Source of the DNA: Paraspadella gotoi
Taxonomy: Eukaryota > Animalia > Chaetognatha
Length of the DNA stretch: 64,000 nt
Direction of reading: 5' to 3'
Assembly: GCA_051294375.1 (NCBI GenBank)
Contig: CM119268.1
Coordinates: 3,375,856-3,439,855 of the forward strand
Shown here: positions 14,935 to 29,042 of the stretch, in pieces
Numbering within the stretch: position 1 is the first letter of the stretch
Layout of the letters: each line of letters begins with the position of its first letter
Notes under the pieces: model-generated
Told to the model about the DNA's origin: nothing
The model's database searches: none
Seen by the model: only the letters and a program-made list of their open reading frames with translations
Program-made: the position numbers and the translations under genes

Positions 14935-15265
14935 TAAGGACATTGACCGTTTATAAATGTTTAATTTAGCTGTTATTACTTGAAAAAATTGGTCTTTGTA
15001 TGATATATGTTTAAATATCTAGTTTGAAAAACATTTACTGACTTTTGGACATCAATACAATGAAAACGTTTTTAAGAAGGAACTTGCGAATTGAAATAAA
15101 ATAAAAAGTAACTTTGCATATTTATTAATTTAGGAAAGTTGGCTTTTAGGAATTTTACTTGTTAAAAAAAAAATAGTCTTTTTTGTTCGTACACCCTGTA
15201 GTTGTGAGTTCGTGTTCGTCATAATTCCAGATCGAATCCATAAAAAAGAGTGGAGAAAAATGATG

Positions 15266-15361
<96 letters not shown>

Positions 15362-15461
15362 AATGCGACGGAAAGAAAAAAACGTTTAAAGTTGGGGAGA
15401 TGGATATGAAGGAAAAGAAGATGAAAACTAATAGACGTGAGGAAGAGGAGAGAGAGAGGAG

Positions 15462-15540
<79 letters not shown>

Positions 15541-15823
15541 AAAACGTAGACGTGAAAGGAAATTCATCAGTTGCCAAAAACATTCTTCTGCATCCCGTTG
15601 TTTTTGTCATCGTTGTTGATTTGTGTCCTTGGATTTACCCGCGCTATAATCTCACTTAAAACTTTGTGGTATATTTTTTCCACATCCTTGTTATTTTCGT
15701 CGTTTTTATCGTCCTCGTTTATCGTCGACATCGTCGTCGTCATCTTCATCGTCGTCCGAAAGAAGTAATTCCAAGGAAGAAATGCGTTGACTTTTTTCTC
15801 AGAATAAAGATGCGTTCCAGTTT

Positions 15824-15858
<35 letters not shown>

Positions 15859-16175
15859 CGTCTTCATCGCTTTTTATATTCCAATAATTAAATTTTAATT
15901 ATTGAATTTTATATAAATTACTAAAATATTTAGTCCTCGTTTTTTCCCTTTCCTTTTCCCTTACTTTTCCCTTTCCTTCCAGAATAGTAATGAATAACAA
16001 TAACAACGACAAGACCCTTAGAGCATCAGTCGCTTTGTTCGTCGTCTCGTGACCGAAAAGTCTCGGGTTCGAACCTGAGAAGGAATCTTCGTCTTTCATC
16101 GTCGTCGTTTTCGTCTTTTAATCCAAAGTAACGAGCGACCGACGGTTTCGCCGCTGCGACCGTCATCTTTGCTTC

Positions 16176-16208
<33 letters not shown>

Positions 16209-16371
16209 GGAATCACCTAGGCCCCGCGTCATATTTCGACGCGAAATTTCGTCGTTAGGTTTTTGCCGTTTGGCTCGACCTCGGAAATCGGCCGTCGCCG
16301 GCGCCGTTTTTCGACGCCGGAATGGGTTTCGCGGCGCCGTTTCCCTTAATTTCCGTCTGGCGTCGTTGCGA

Positions 16372-16416
<45 letters not shown>

Positions 16417-16935
16417 GTACCCGAAGTTTCGAACGAAAGATCAATCGTTGACGAAATATTGGTTTTTTCGTTTTTGAGAAAATTTTGAAACAATTTTGAC
16501 GCAATACCAAAAAATAATATAATAATAATATAATTATCCAATTATAAAAAACAATAAATTGACAGACGAAATGTAACTTATTTTAAACGAACGACATTAA
16601 TGAATGATGAATGTTTTTTTTTTTTAAATATTTTACCTTTACGGAAATTTAACCGATACTCAGATACTCCGATGTCAATTTCTTTATCACTGTTTCTGGA
16701 TTCATTGGTTTATCTTTTGTCTACTTCGGTCTCCCTTTCTCTTTTCAAGTTTCCAAAAATTTAACCTTAAAGTCAAAGAGACTATAAACATTTTTTGGGG
16801 GGGGATAGATTATAAAAAAAAAACGGCGAATGAATCGCTCCTGCATCTAACTGGCAAGCGTTTGTTATCGGCGAAAGATCCCAGAAACTCACTCTCAACA
16901 CTCTCTATCTCTGTCTCTGTTCTCTCCTCTCTCCG

Positions 16936-17015
<80 letters not shown>

Positions 17016-17151
17016 GAAAAAATGATTCTTGATTCTCTGCGCCATTTCGGGGCGAGCTTCTTCCACCCCCGCCTCTCGTCACGTCCTAAATGGACGAAGA
17101 AGAGCATGAATTAGATACGGGAGAAAGAGAGAGAGAGAGAGAGATGAGACC

Positions 17152-17214
<63 letters not shown>

Positions 17215-17363
17215 GGAGAGAGAGAGAAAGAGAGCGGAAAGAAAGAACAAGAAAGAAAAGGAGATAGTAAAAGAGTTTAATTCATCGAGATAAAGATAGA
17301 AAAAGAACGACAGAAATTACGAAAAGAAAGATATTAAAAAAACAGAATGAGAGAGAGAGATAA

Positions 17364-17482
<119 letters not shown>

Positions 17483-17592
17483 AGAGAGAGTGATTACAAG
17501 AGAGCGAGGTGCTTATAGCTGTTATGGTGCCCAGGAGTCCAATGGTCGCAGTTTCGACCGGACGGAATCGAAGAACGAAAGCTGAGAAAAGA

Positions 17593-17672
<80 letters not shown>

Positions 17673-17757
17673 ATGTGATAGTATAGGTTTGTGTGTTGAA
17701 AGAAGGGAGAGAGTTTTCCGAAAAAAATTTCAGTTTTTCAATAACTCTGTATATTTG

Positions 17758-17845
<88 letters not shown>

Positions 17846-19660
17846 TTCCCCTCCCCTCTCTCTGTTTTCTTTTCTTTTCGCCTTCGAAATCATTTATTTT
17901 TCCTCCCACCGACAGAGAGAATGGGTCGGGAAGGGGGGGAAGCCAAGGGGTGGTGTGGAGGGGGAGTCGTCTCCGTCGTTTTTCAAGGTTGCGCCGACGC
18001 GAAACTAGGCTAATACGTTATTTTTGTCGAATTGAATGTAAGATGTAACGCAACAACAGCACTAGTTTCTTCTGCCGATTTCACTCGAATTTTAGCGCCA
18101 AAAACAGGAAGATACGTTTTAAAACTTTTTCTCTTTTTTTTCGATTATTATTGTTCCAAGAGATCTGTTGCCAGCTCACCCTTTTGTTATAAGCGAGAAG
18201 AATCATTTACTAAAATGCACAACAGTCGAATCAATTTTAAGATGAAAAATACGATTTGGCTCAGAACTTTTAAATGACAGGGAAGTTGGATTTCTACTCA
18301 AGCCAGAATCTTATTCAAAAAACGTTTCTTCTTTAAAAACTCGAAAGAAAAACAAAGTTAGTTCTCAAAAATGCTCGTTCGGGGCCGCATCTCAACCAAC
18401 GTATAATTTCACCGCCATTTTGATAAGTCATTTAATTTTTTATTTTGGGAAAAAACGATTTTGAATAAGATTAGAAAAAAAACAATTCGGAGCTTTAATT
18501 CTCTTCTTATTAACTTGTAAGTCTCCAATTTTCTATCTATTTGTAAAAATTAATTTTTCAGTTCTTCTCTCTCTCAACCTCCGTTGCCATTTCGACTCTT
18601 GTCCCTTTATGCCATCTCGACTCTTGCCTCTTTATGCCATCTCAACGAATGAAGGATGGATTTTCATCGACCAGAAAAGTCGTCATCAGAAATGCAAATG
18701 CGATTCGTTTATGTCCTCGGGACTCTTAACCCCTTTTCATCCTTTTCATCCCTTTTACTTTCCTCGGGCCGTTCCCTCCCTTTCCATTTTTTACCCTTTT
18801 CATCCCTTTTACTCTCATCGAGCCGTTCCGTCCCTTTCCATTTTTTACCCTTTCATACTTTTTTACTCTCTCGAGCTGTTCCGTCCCTTTCATTTTTTAC
18901 CCTTTTCATCCCTTTCGTCCCTTTTACTTCCCTCAGGCTGAAGAAAATGTTTATTATTTTCTATTATTTCTAAATTTTTAAAACGGGAAATAACAATTCT
19001 GTTTACTATTACTACTATTACTACCAAAAACATTTTTTTCAACGCAAATATTGATTTTCCAAACAAAATTATCTCCACATCAGATCTCCACATCAGATCT
19101 CCACATCAGATCTCCACATGAGATCATCTCTGGATCCTAATCGACTTTTTCACGTCGTTCGTTGACGTCAATCGTCGATAAAACATTTTCTCTTCTTTCA
19201 TGAATCACGTGACTAATAAATCATATTCTCCTTCGCCCCCCCCTTTCCTGCCCCCTTCGCGCCCCCCCCCCCTTCCCTCTCCTCCCTACCTCGTGTTAAA
19301 CCCCCGCGATAGATCATTCCCCCGATATCGCTTCACCATTTCTGGCCCTACAATCTTCGATGGGTGATTTTCACGCGTTCGACTCGTGGATTTATGCCGC
19401 GAGAAAAAATTCCCGATTTCTACTAAAGTCGCTGCGGAACATTTTCGTTCCGGTTGCCGATGGTCGAATCAGAAACCAATATTCTTTGCCTTCGCGCGTT
19501 CTTTGGGATTGAATTAGCCAGCGTATTTGACTCGATTTGAGACTCTGGCCAATGTCTAAGTGGGGCGTTGGTTATTTACTTTGCGCTGTTATTATGTTCT
19601 TATCGAAAACGCGATTTTGAACTAAATATTGCCTTTCTTTCAGTATGTCTTTATTATATT

Positions 19661-20040
19661 CATTTAAGTCTCTTCGGAGGCGTGGGTTCGAATCCCACCG
19701 CTGCCACCACATTTAAGTAAACAGACAGGGATTTCTATATGAAACCAAAGTGGAATTTTATTCTCAGAAAATAGACATGAAGACGGTGTCAATTTTCAGA
19801 CAGAGTGAATCAAAGCAGAAACAGAGGCTATTTATAAAGGGTAAGTAGACGAAGCCAGATTCCTCTTCCGGAATCCTCCTCTTCCTCTTCTGGAACTTCT
19901 TTCCTCTTCCGGAAACTATTGTTCCTTTTCTGGATTTGGCTTCCAAAATCCCATTCGAAATCATTCCAGAATCTTCTTCCTCTTCCGGAATCCTCTTCCT
20001 TATCCTTTCCTCTGTTTCCGGGTTTCATTCCTCTGTGATG
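19661..20040 (-). mobile_element. LTR-like insertion (331 bp LTR, 19710-20040) followed by an extended tRNA-Leu primer copy; 5 bp TSD ATATT
   Basis: Absent from the paralogous sites at ~26075, ~26480 and ~39520. ATATT at 19656-19660 and 20041-20045. The minus strand shows purine-rich repeats, TATAAATAG (19828-19836), AATAAA (19757-19762) and then TGGTGGCAGCGGTGGGAT (PBS-like). Confidence 0.78.
19667..19709 (+). pseudogene. 3' half of mature tRNA-Leu (variable arm, T arm, acceptor strand and CCA)
   Basis: AGTCTCTTCGGAGGCGTGGGTTCGAATCCCACCGCTGCCA+CCA matches the 3' half of metazoan tRNA-Leu(AAG/TAG) as I recall it. The 5' half is missing, and the encoded CCA implies reverse transcription. Confidence 0.88.
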
Positions 20041-20813
20041 ATATTTAAACAAAAATTAATAAACTTTAAAATATTTTTTTTTAAATTTTTCCCAATGAAC
20101 TCTTTTTTTCAATTTATCTTCACACGATACAGCTATCCCCTTAAACTCAAGTTCTTTATTCCCTCCGCGAAGAACGAACCGACGTTAAGGGGACCATCGC
20201 CAACGACTTTCTCTTCTATATTAGATAATTTTCGGCGTCATTTTTGTTTGCGATTCCAGCAGTAAACTTGGAGGAATGCCATTATTGATGATGCTCTCTT
20301 TTGATGAGGCCAGCTTTGATGATGCCATCTTTTAATGACGCCATCTTTAACGATGCCTGATTAATTTCAGGGTCATTATTCATCTTCAGTTTTTGAAGAC
20401 CGATTATCTCTTCAGTTGTCAACGAAGACTTTTTTCGATTTTTCTCCCTGAAAAAAAATAAGAAAATCTTGAATGATTTCCTTTATTTAATTTGACGTAC
20501 TAAAAACCATTTTAAAAAATTATTATATTTCTTTTACTTTTATTTATTTATTTATTTTTAAATAACATTTTTAATAAAGCTCACTTCTCGTTACGAATCT
20601 CCCAGTAAATCTCTGCCTCACCTCCGCCGCCCTCATAGCGCAATCTCCCCCACCCCCCCCCCAACCCCGCCTCTGACCAGCGACGACGCCCCTCATACTT
20701 CACGGCGAAAAAATCTCTCGGAGCGCGTATATTCGGTCTTTCCCTCTGAGCCTTGACTGATTGAGTGATTGATCGCAAACGCCCTTCTCATCCTTTTGCT
20801 TCTCTTCTCGTCT

Positions 20814-20875
<62 letters not shown>

Positions 20876-21035
20876 GTTTTTTCTCTCTTTCTACTTCTTT
20901 TCATTTCTTTTTCTAATACTTTTATTCTCCTTATTTTTCCTCCATTTTCTTCCTCTTTGCTTTTCATCCTCTCTCTCATTTTTCATCTTTCTTTCCTTCT
21001 TCTTCTTCCTCATTCTCCGCTTCCTCCTTTTTTTT

Positions 21036-21071
<36 letters not shown>

Positions 21072-21111
21072 CCCTTTTTTTTTTATTTTTTTTTTTTTTG
21101 TTTCTTTTATT

Positions 21112-21142
<31 letters not shown>

Positions 21143-21280
21143 GTTTTTTTTTTTTTTTTTTTTTTCTATTTTTTTTTTTTTTTCTCCCTTTCTTTCCCAT
21201 TTTCCCTTTCCTTTTTTCCTCTTTCTCCTCTTTTCCGCCCTTGTTTTTTACTCTCTTTCTCTACTTTTTTCCTCCTTCCT

Positions 21281-21319
<39 letters not shown>

Positions 21320-21859
21320 CTCAACCCACAGACACCCTCTCGCTCTCTATCTGTCTTTCTTTTATTAATGAATTTATCGACTCTCCCATTTTTTCACCAA
21401 TCAACACATTCGCTGAGGGCAGCTGCGGTTTTTGTTCTCTGTTCCCGATGTTTTTTTAATTGTCGATTTTTGTTTGACAATGATTGTGTCGTAAAACTTA
21501 TCAATCTTAAACTAAATAATTACGAATATAAGGACATTGACGTTTATAAATGTTTAATTTAGCTGTTATTACTTGAAAAAATTGGTCTTTGTATGTATAT
21601 TGTTTAAATATCTAGTTTGAAAAACATTTACTGACTTTTGACATCAATACAATGAAAACGTTTTTAAAGAAGGAACTTGCGAAATTGAAATAAAATAAAA
21701 AGTAACTTTGCATATTTATTAATTTAGGAAAGTTGGCTTTTAGGAATTTACTTGTTAAAAAAAAAATAAGTCTTTTTTGTTCGTACACCCTGTAGTTGTG
21801 AGTTCGTGTTCGTCATAATTCCAGATCGAATCCATAAAAAAGAGTGGAGAAAAATGATG

Positions 21860-21894
<35 letters not shown>

Positions 21895-22141
21895 NNNNNN
21901 NNNNNNNNNNNNNNNNNNNNNNNNNNNNNNNNNNNNNNNNNNNNNNNNNNNNNNNNNNNNNNNNNNNNNNNNNNNNNNNNNNNNNNNNNNNNNNNNNNNN
22001 NNNNNNNNNNNNNNNNNNNNNNNNNNNNNNNNNNNNNNNNNNNNNNNNNNNNNNNNNNNNNNNNNNNNNNNNNNNNNNNNNNNNNNNNNNNNNNNNNNNN
22101 NNNNNNNNNNNNNNNNNNNNNNNNNNNNNNNNNNNNNNNNN

Positions 22142-22173
<32 letters not shown>

Positions 22174-22454
22174 AAACGTAGACGTGAAAGGAAATTCATC
22201 AGTTGCCAAAAACATTCTTCCGCATCCCGTTGTTTTTGTCATCGTTGTTGTTTGTGTCCTTGTCATTTACCCGCGCTATAATCTCACTTAAACTTTGTGG
22301 TATTTTTTTCCACATCTTTGTTATTTTCGTCGTTTTTATCGTCCTCTTTATCGTCGACATCGTCGTCGTCATCTTCATCGTCGTCCGAAAGAAGTAATTC
22401 CAAGGAAGAAATGCGTTTGACTTTTTTCTCAGAATAAAGATGCGTTCCAAGTTT

Positions 22455-22496
<42 letters not shown>

Positions 22497-22809
22497 TCGG
22501 CTTTTTTATATTCCCAATAAATTAAATTTTAATTATTGAATTATTATAAATTACTAAAATATTTTAGTCCTCGTTTTTTTCCCTTTCCTTTTCCCTTACT
22601 TTCCTTTCCTTCCAGAATAGTAATGAATAACAATAACAACGACAAGACCCTTAGAGCATCAGTCGCTTTGTTCGTCGTCTCGTGACCGAAAAGTCTCGGG
22701 TTCGAACCTGAGAAGGAATCTTCGTCTTTCATCGTCGTCGTTTTCGTCTTTTAATCCAAAGGTAACGAGCGACCGACGGTTTCGCCGCTGCGACCGTCAT
22801 CTTTGCTTC

Positions 22810-22843
<34 letters not shown>

Positions 22844-23001
22844 ATCACCTAGGCCCCGCGTCATATTCGACGCGAAATTTCGTCGTTAGTTTTTGCCGTT
22901 TGGCTTCGACCTCGGAAATCGGCGTCGCCGGCGCCGTTTTCGACGCCGGAAATGGGTTTCGCGGCGCCGTTTCCCTTAATTTCCGTCTGGCGTCGTTGCG
23001 A

Positions 23002-23043
<42 letters not shown>

Positions 23044-24060
23044 GTACCCGAGTTTCGAACGAAAGATCAATCGTTGACGAAATATTGGTTTTTTCGTTTT
23101 TGAGAAATTTTGAAACAATTTTGACGCAATACCAAAAAAATAATATAATAATAATATAATTATCCAATTATAAAAAACAATAAATTGACAGACGAAATGT
23201 AACTTATTTTAAACGAACGACATTAATGAATGAATGTTTTTTTTTTTTAAATATTTTACTTTACGAATTTAACCGATACTCAGATACTCCGATGTCAATT
23301 TCTTTATCACTGTTCTGATTCATTTGTTTATCTTTTGTCTACTTCGGTCTCCNNNNNNNNNNNNNNNNNNNNNNNNNGAGAGAGCGAAGACGAGCGGGGG
23401 GAGGGATGGATGAGAGAGAGCGGAAAGAGAAGAACCAGTAAAAGAAAACGGGACGATAGTAAACAGAGTCGTTAATTCATCGAGATAAGATAGAAACAAG
23501 AATCGACAGAAAAAACTTACAGCGACGATAAATAAAAAATAAAAAACAGGAATGAAAAGAGAGAGAGAGATGGACGATCGACGATCAGAGAGAGACCGGA
23601 TGAGATGATGATCTGATGAGAGACAGAGAGAGAGAGAAGAAGAGCATTTGATTCGAGACGAGAGACGAGATGCAAGATCGATGAAGCATCGAGATGAGAG
23701 AGAGATGAGATAATGAGGAGCGTGACGTGGTGCTCTTAGCCTGTTTATGTTGCCCAGGACCTGTCCAATGGTCGCAGTTTCGACCGGTACGTCGCAGTCG
23801 ACGACGAAAGCGAGAAAGAGAGAGAGAGATGACGGAGCGAAGATGAGAGTGACACGAGAGACGAGCGAGATCGAGAGAGAGACGCAGATGAGAGAGTAGA
23901 TGACGATCGAGAGGACGAGAGAGGAGAGATGAGAGAGAGAGAGAATGCTGAATAGTATAGGTTTGTGTGTTGAAATGAAGGGAGAAGCAGTTTTTCCGAA
24001 AAATTTCCAGTTTCAATCACCTCTGCTATATAATTTGTCTCTCTCTCTTCTACTCGTCTC

Positions 24061-24095
<35 letters not shown>

Positions 24096-25011
24096 TCTCT
24101 CTCTCTTCTTCCCTTTCCCTCTCCCTCTCTCGTTTTCTTTCTTCGCCTTCTAAAATCATTTATTTTTTCCTCCCACCGAACCAGAGAGAATGGGCGTCGC
24201 CGGAAGGGGGGCGAAGCTAGAGCGAGTAGGGGGGTGTGGAGGGGGAGTCGTCTCCGTCGTTTTTCAAGGTTGCGCCGACGCGAAACTAGGCTAATACGTT
24301 ATTTTTGTCGAATTCTGAATGAAGATGTAACGCAACAACAGCACTAGTTTCTTCTGCCGATTTCACTCGAATTTTAGCGCCAAAAACAGGAAGATACGTT
24401 TTAAAACTTTTTCTCTTTTTTTTTCGATTATTATTGTTCCAAGAGATCTGTTGCCAGCTCACCCTTTTGTTATAAGCGAGAAGAATCATTTACTAAAATG
24501 CACAACAGTCGAATCAATTTTAAGATGAAAATACGATTTGGCTCAGAACTTTTAAATGACAGGAAGTTGGATTTCTACTCAAGCCAAGAATCTTATTCAA
24601 AAAACGTTTCTTCTTTAAAAACTCGAAGAAAAACAAAGTTAGTTCTCAAAAATGCTCGTTCGGGGCCGCATCTCAACCAACGTATAATTTTCACCGCCAT
24701 TTTGAAAGGTCATTTAAATTTTTATTTTGGGAAAAAAACGATTTTTGAATAAGATTAGAAAAAAAACAATTCGGAGCTTTAATTCTCTTCTTATTAACTT
24801 GTAAGTCTCCAATTTTCTATCTATTTGTAAAAATTAATTTTCAGTTCTTCTCTCTCTCAACCTCGTTGCCATTTCGACTCTTGTCCCTTTATGCCATCTC
24901 GACTCTTGCCTCTTTATGCCATCTCAACGATGAAGGATGGATTTTCATCGACCAGAAAAGTCGTCATCAGAAATGCAAATGCGATTCGTTTATGTCCTCG
25001 GGACTCTTAAC

Positions 25012-25270
25012 CCCTTTTCATCCTTTTCATCCCTTTTACTTTCCTCGGGCCGTTCCCTCCCTTTCCATTTTTTACCCTTTTCATCCCTTTTACTCTCATC
25101 GAGCCGTTCCGTCCCTTTCCATTTTTTACCCTTTTCATACTTTTTACTCTCCTCGAGCTGTTCCGTCCCTTTCCATTTTTTACCCTTTTCATCCTTTTTA
25201 CTCTCATCGAGCCGTTCCGTCCCTTTCCATTTTTTACCCTTTTCATCCCTTTCGTCCCTTTTACTTCCCT
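25012..25270 (+). repeat. ~54 bp minisatellite (also at 18730-18930 and 38360-38740, with different copy number)
   Basis: Recurrent ttttacccttttcatcc…ttttactctcatcgagccgttccgtccctttccat. Confidence 0.8.
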
Positions 25271-27324
25271 CAGGCTGAAGAAAATGTTTATTATTTTCTA
25301 TTATTTTCTAAATTTTTAAAACGGGAAATAACAATTCTGTTTACTATTACTACTATTACTTACCAAAAACATTTTTTCAACGCAAATTTGATTTTCCAAA
25401 CAAAATTATCTCCACATCAGATCTCCACATCAGATCTCCACATCAGATCTCCACATGAGATCATCTCTGGATCCTAATCGACTTTTTCACGTCGTTCGTT
25501 GACGTCAATCGTCGATAAAACATTTTCTCTTCTTCATGAATCACGTGACTAATAAATCATATTCTCCNNNNNNNNNNNNNNNNNNNNNNNNNACCTTCGC
25601 CCCCCCCCTTTTCCTGTCCCCCTTCGCCCCCCGCCCCCTCCGCCTCTGCCTCTCCTACCTCGTGTTAAACCCCGCTGATTCAGACATTGCCCCCCCGATA
25701 TAGCTTCACCATTCCCTGCCCTACAATCTTCGCAATGAGGTCGACTTATCACGCGTTCGACCTCGTGATTTAATGCCCGCGAGTCAAAACATTCCCGATT
25801 TCTACGTTAAAAGTCGCTGCGCCGAACATTTTACGTTTCAGCCGGATTGCCGATGCGTACGATAATCAAGAAACCTAATATTCTTTGCCACTCGTCGCGT
25901 GCGTTCGTGGAGAGTCTTGAATTAGCCAGTCAGATTTGACGTACGATGAGACTACTTGGCCAATGCTCTAAGTGCGGGCGTTTGGTTAGTTTACTTTACA
26001 GCGCTGCTTATATGATTCTTATTCTGAAAACGGCGATTTTGACTAAATATTGCCTTTCTTCAGTATGTCTTTTATTATATTTAAACAAAACATTAATAAA
26101 CTTTAAAATTTTTTTTTTTTAAATTTTTTCCCCAATGAACTCTTTTTTCAATTATATCTACACGGATACAGCGTACTCTCTTCTTTTCTTCGATGGGTGA
26201 TTTTCACGCGTTCGACTCGTGATTTATGCCGCGAGAAAAATTCCCGATTTCTACTAAAGTCGCTGCGGAACATTTTCGTTCCGGTTGCCGATGGTCGAAT
26301 CAGAAACCAATATTCTTTGCCTTCGCGCGTTCGTGGGATTGAATTAGCCAGCGTATTTGACTCGATTGAGACTCTGGCCAATGTCTAAGTGGGGCGTTGG
26401 TTATTTACTTTGCGCTGTTATTATGTTCTTATCGAAAACGCGATTTTGACTAAATATTGCCTTTCTTCAGTATGTCTTTATTATATTTAAACAAAAATTA
26501 ATAAACTTTAAAATATTTTTTTTTTAAATTTTTCCCCAATGAACTCTTTTTTTCAATTTATCTTCACACGATACAGCTATCCCCTTAAACTCAAGTTCTT
26601 TTATTCCCTCCGCGAAGAACGAACCGACGTTAAGGGGACCATCGCCAACGACTTTTCTCTTCTATATTAGATAATTTTCGGGTCATTTTGTTTGCGATTC
26701 CAGCAGTAACTTGGAGGAATGCCATTATTGATGATGCTCTCTTTTGATGAGGCCAGCTTTGATGATGCCATCTTTTAATGACGCCATCTTTAACGATGCC
26801 TGATTAATTCAGGGTCATTATTCATCTTCAGTTTTGAAGACCGATTCTCTCTTCAGTTTGTCAACGAAGACTTTTTTCGATTTTTCTCCCTGAAAAAAAA
26901 ATAAGAAAATCTTGAATGATTTCCTTTATTTAATTTGACGTACTAAAAACATTTTAAAAAATTATATATTTCTTTTACTTTTATTTATTTATTNNNNNNN
27001 NNNNNNNNNNNNNNNNNNNNNNNNNNNNNNNNNNNNNNNNNNNNNNNNNNNNNNNNNNNNNNNNNNNNNNNNNNNNNNNNNNNNNNNNNNNNNNNNNNNN
27101 NNNNNNNNNNNNNNNNNNNNNNNNNNNNNNNNNNNNNNNNNNNNNNNNNNNNNNNNNNNNNNNNNNNNNNNNNNNNNNNNNNNNNNNCCAGCGACGACGC
27201 CCCTCATACTTCACGGCGAAAAAATCTCTCGGAGCGCGTATATTCGGTCTTTCCCTCTGAGCCTTGACTGATTGAGTGATTGATCGCAAACGCCCTTCTC
27301 ATCCTTTTGCTTCTCTTCTCGTCT

Positions 27325-27382
<58 letters not shown>

Positions 27383-29042
27383 TTCTCTCTTTCTACTTCT
27401 TTTCCTTTCTTTTTCTAATACTTTTATTCTCCTTATTTTTCCTCCATTTTCTTTCCTCTTTGCTTTTCATCCTCTCTCTCATTTTTTCATCTTTCTTTCC
27501 TTCTTCTTCTTCCTCATTCTCNNNNNNNNNNNNNNNNNNNNNNNNNNNNNNNNNNNNNNNNNNNNNNNNNNNNNNNNNNNNNNNNNNNNNNNNNNNNNNN
27601 NNNNNNNNNNNNNNNNNNNNNNNNNNNNNNNNNNNNNNNNNNNNNNNNNNNNNNNNNNNNNNNNNNNNNNNNNNNNNNNNNNNNNNNNNNNNNNNNNNNN
27701 NNNNNNNNNNNNNNNNNNNNNNNNNNNNNNNNNNNNNNNNNNNNNNNNNNNNNNNCCTTCCTTCCTTCCTTCCTTCCTTCCTTCCTTCCTTCTTCTTTCT
27801 TCTTCTTTCTCCATCTCCCTGTTCTTTTTCCTTCTTCTTCCCTCCCTTTTTCTTCTTCCTCCTACTCTTCCTCATTTTCCCCTCTTTTGAAAAGGCCTTT
27901 TTTCGCGAATGCCATAAACATCCAACGCCTTTGGGCGTCCTCGTCGTTGCCATGACAACGAGCCCTTAGCCACGTCGGTTAAATCGCAGCCACTTCATCC
28001 GATACACCGTCACGTTAGTTCTGATCTTTGCGTCGCCATGGTATGATAATAAATAAATACATATATAAATTAAAAANNNNNNNNNNNNNNNNNNNNNNNN
28101 NNNNNNNNNNNNNNNNNNNNNNNNNNNNNNNNNNNNNNNNNNNNNNNNNNNNNNNNNNNNNNNNNNNNNNNNNNNNNNNNNNNNNNNNNNNNNNNNNNNN
28201 NNNNNNNNNNNNNNNNNNNNNNNNNAAAATATATTCATCATGTCACAAATGATACGTATCATGACATCCTACAAACATCATGCGTTTTCAAGAGTTTGTC
28301 TGGAACCAAAAAAAATCATCACCTTACATTTATTCGTCATTAGTAATCTTTTCCCTGTCGTTTCTGTGTTATCATTCCTGATCATTTCCATATCATTTCC
28401 TAATCTTTCACTCATCACTTCCTTATCATTTCCTAATCACTTCCTCTTTTTTTCCTTATCATTTCTTTATCACTTCCTATTTTTTCCCTGTCACTTCCTT
28501 ATCATTTCCTAATCACTTCCTCGTCTATTCCTTATCATTTCCTCATCATTTTCTTCACTGATCCTAATCTCTTTATACCCGCGATGGGCGCTAATTCATC
28601 AGACACCGGATGAAGTCTCTTTAGTCACCGTGACATCGCGCGGCGCGGAAATTGAGGTTAACGCACGTCTGCTTGGGCGCTTGCTGCGCCGTGGCGCGCC
28701 CCGAGCGTTGACGTGGCGGCCGTTTAATCGCCGGAAGAGATCGGACTGGTTGGGTGGGGGGGAAGATGAGCGTCCGGATTTTCCCAAAATTCGTATGGAA
28801 GATCCGGAAGGAGATTAAGCCGGGAATCCGGGCCGTTTCGTCCGAAGCTGTGACCGAATGAGAGAGAGAGAGAGAGATGAGAGAGAGGAGAGAGGAAGCA
28901 GAGAGAGAGAGAGAGAGGAAGAGGAGAGCCGGGAGAGAGAAGAGAGAGAGGCAGGGAAATAGAAAGAGAAGAAGAGCAGAGCAGAGAGACGAGAGGATGA
29001 GATGAGAGAGAGGAGAGATGAGAGAGGAAATGAGCAAAGAGA

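Noticed and set aside
16026-16541. 171 aa minus-strand ORF resembling a neuropeptide precursor (RYFG, basic runs)
   Set aside because: Built on (GAC)n/(CGG)n repeats, has no clear repeated amidated peptides, and the frame is not preserved in copy 2.
19667-19709. Functional tRNA-Leu gene
   Set aside because: The 5' half (acceptor 5' strand, D arm, anticodon) is absent and CCA is encoded; it is a reverse-transcribed fragment.
26148-26390. Possible minus-strand exon in the repeated block
   Set aside because: An acceptor-like site is present, but there is no recognisable domain, an in-frame stop follows and no partner exons were found.
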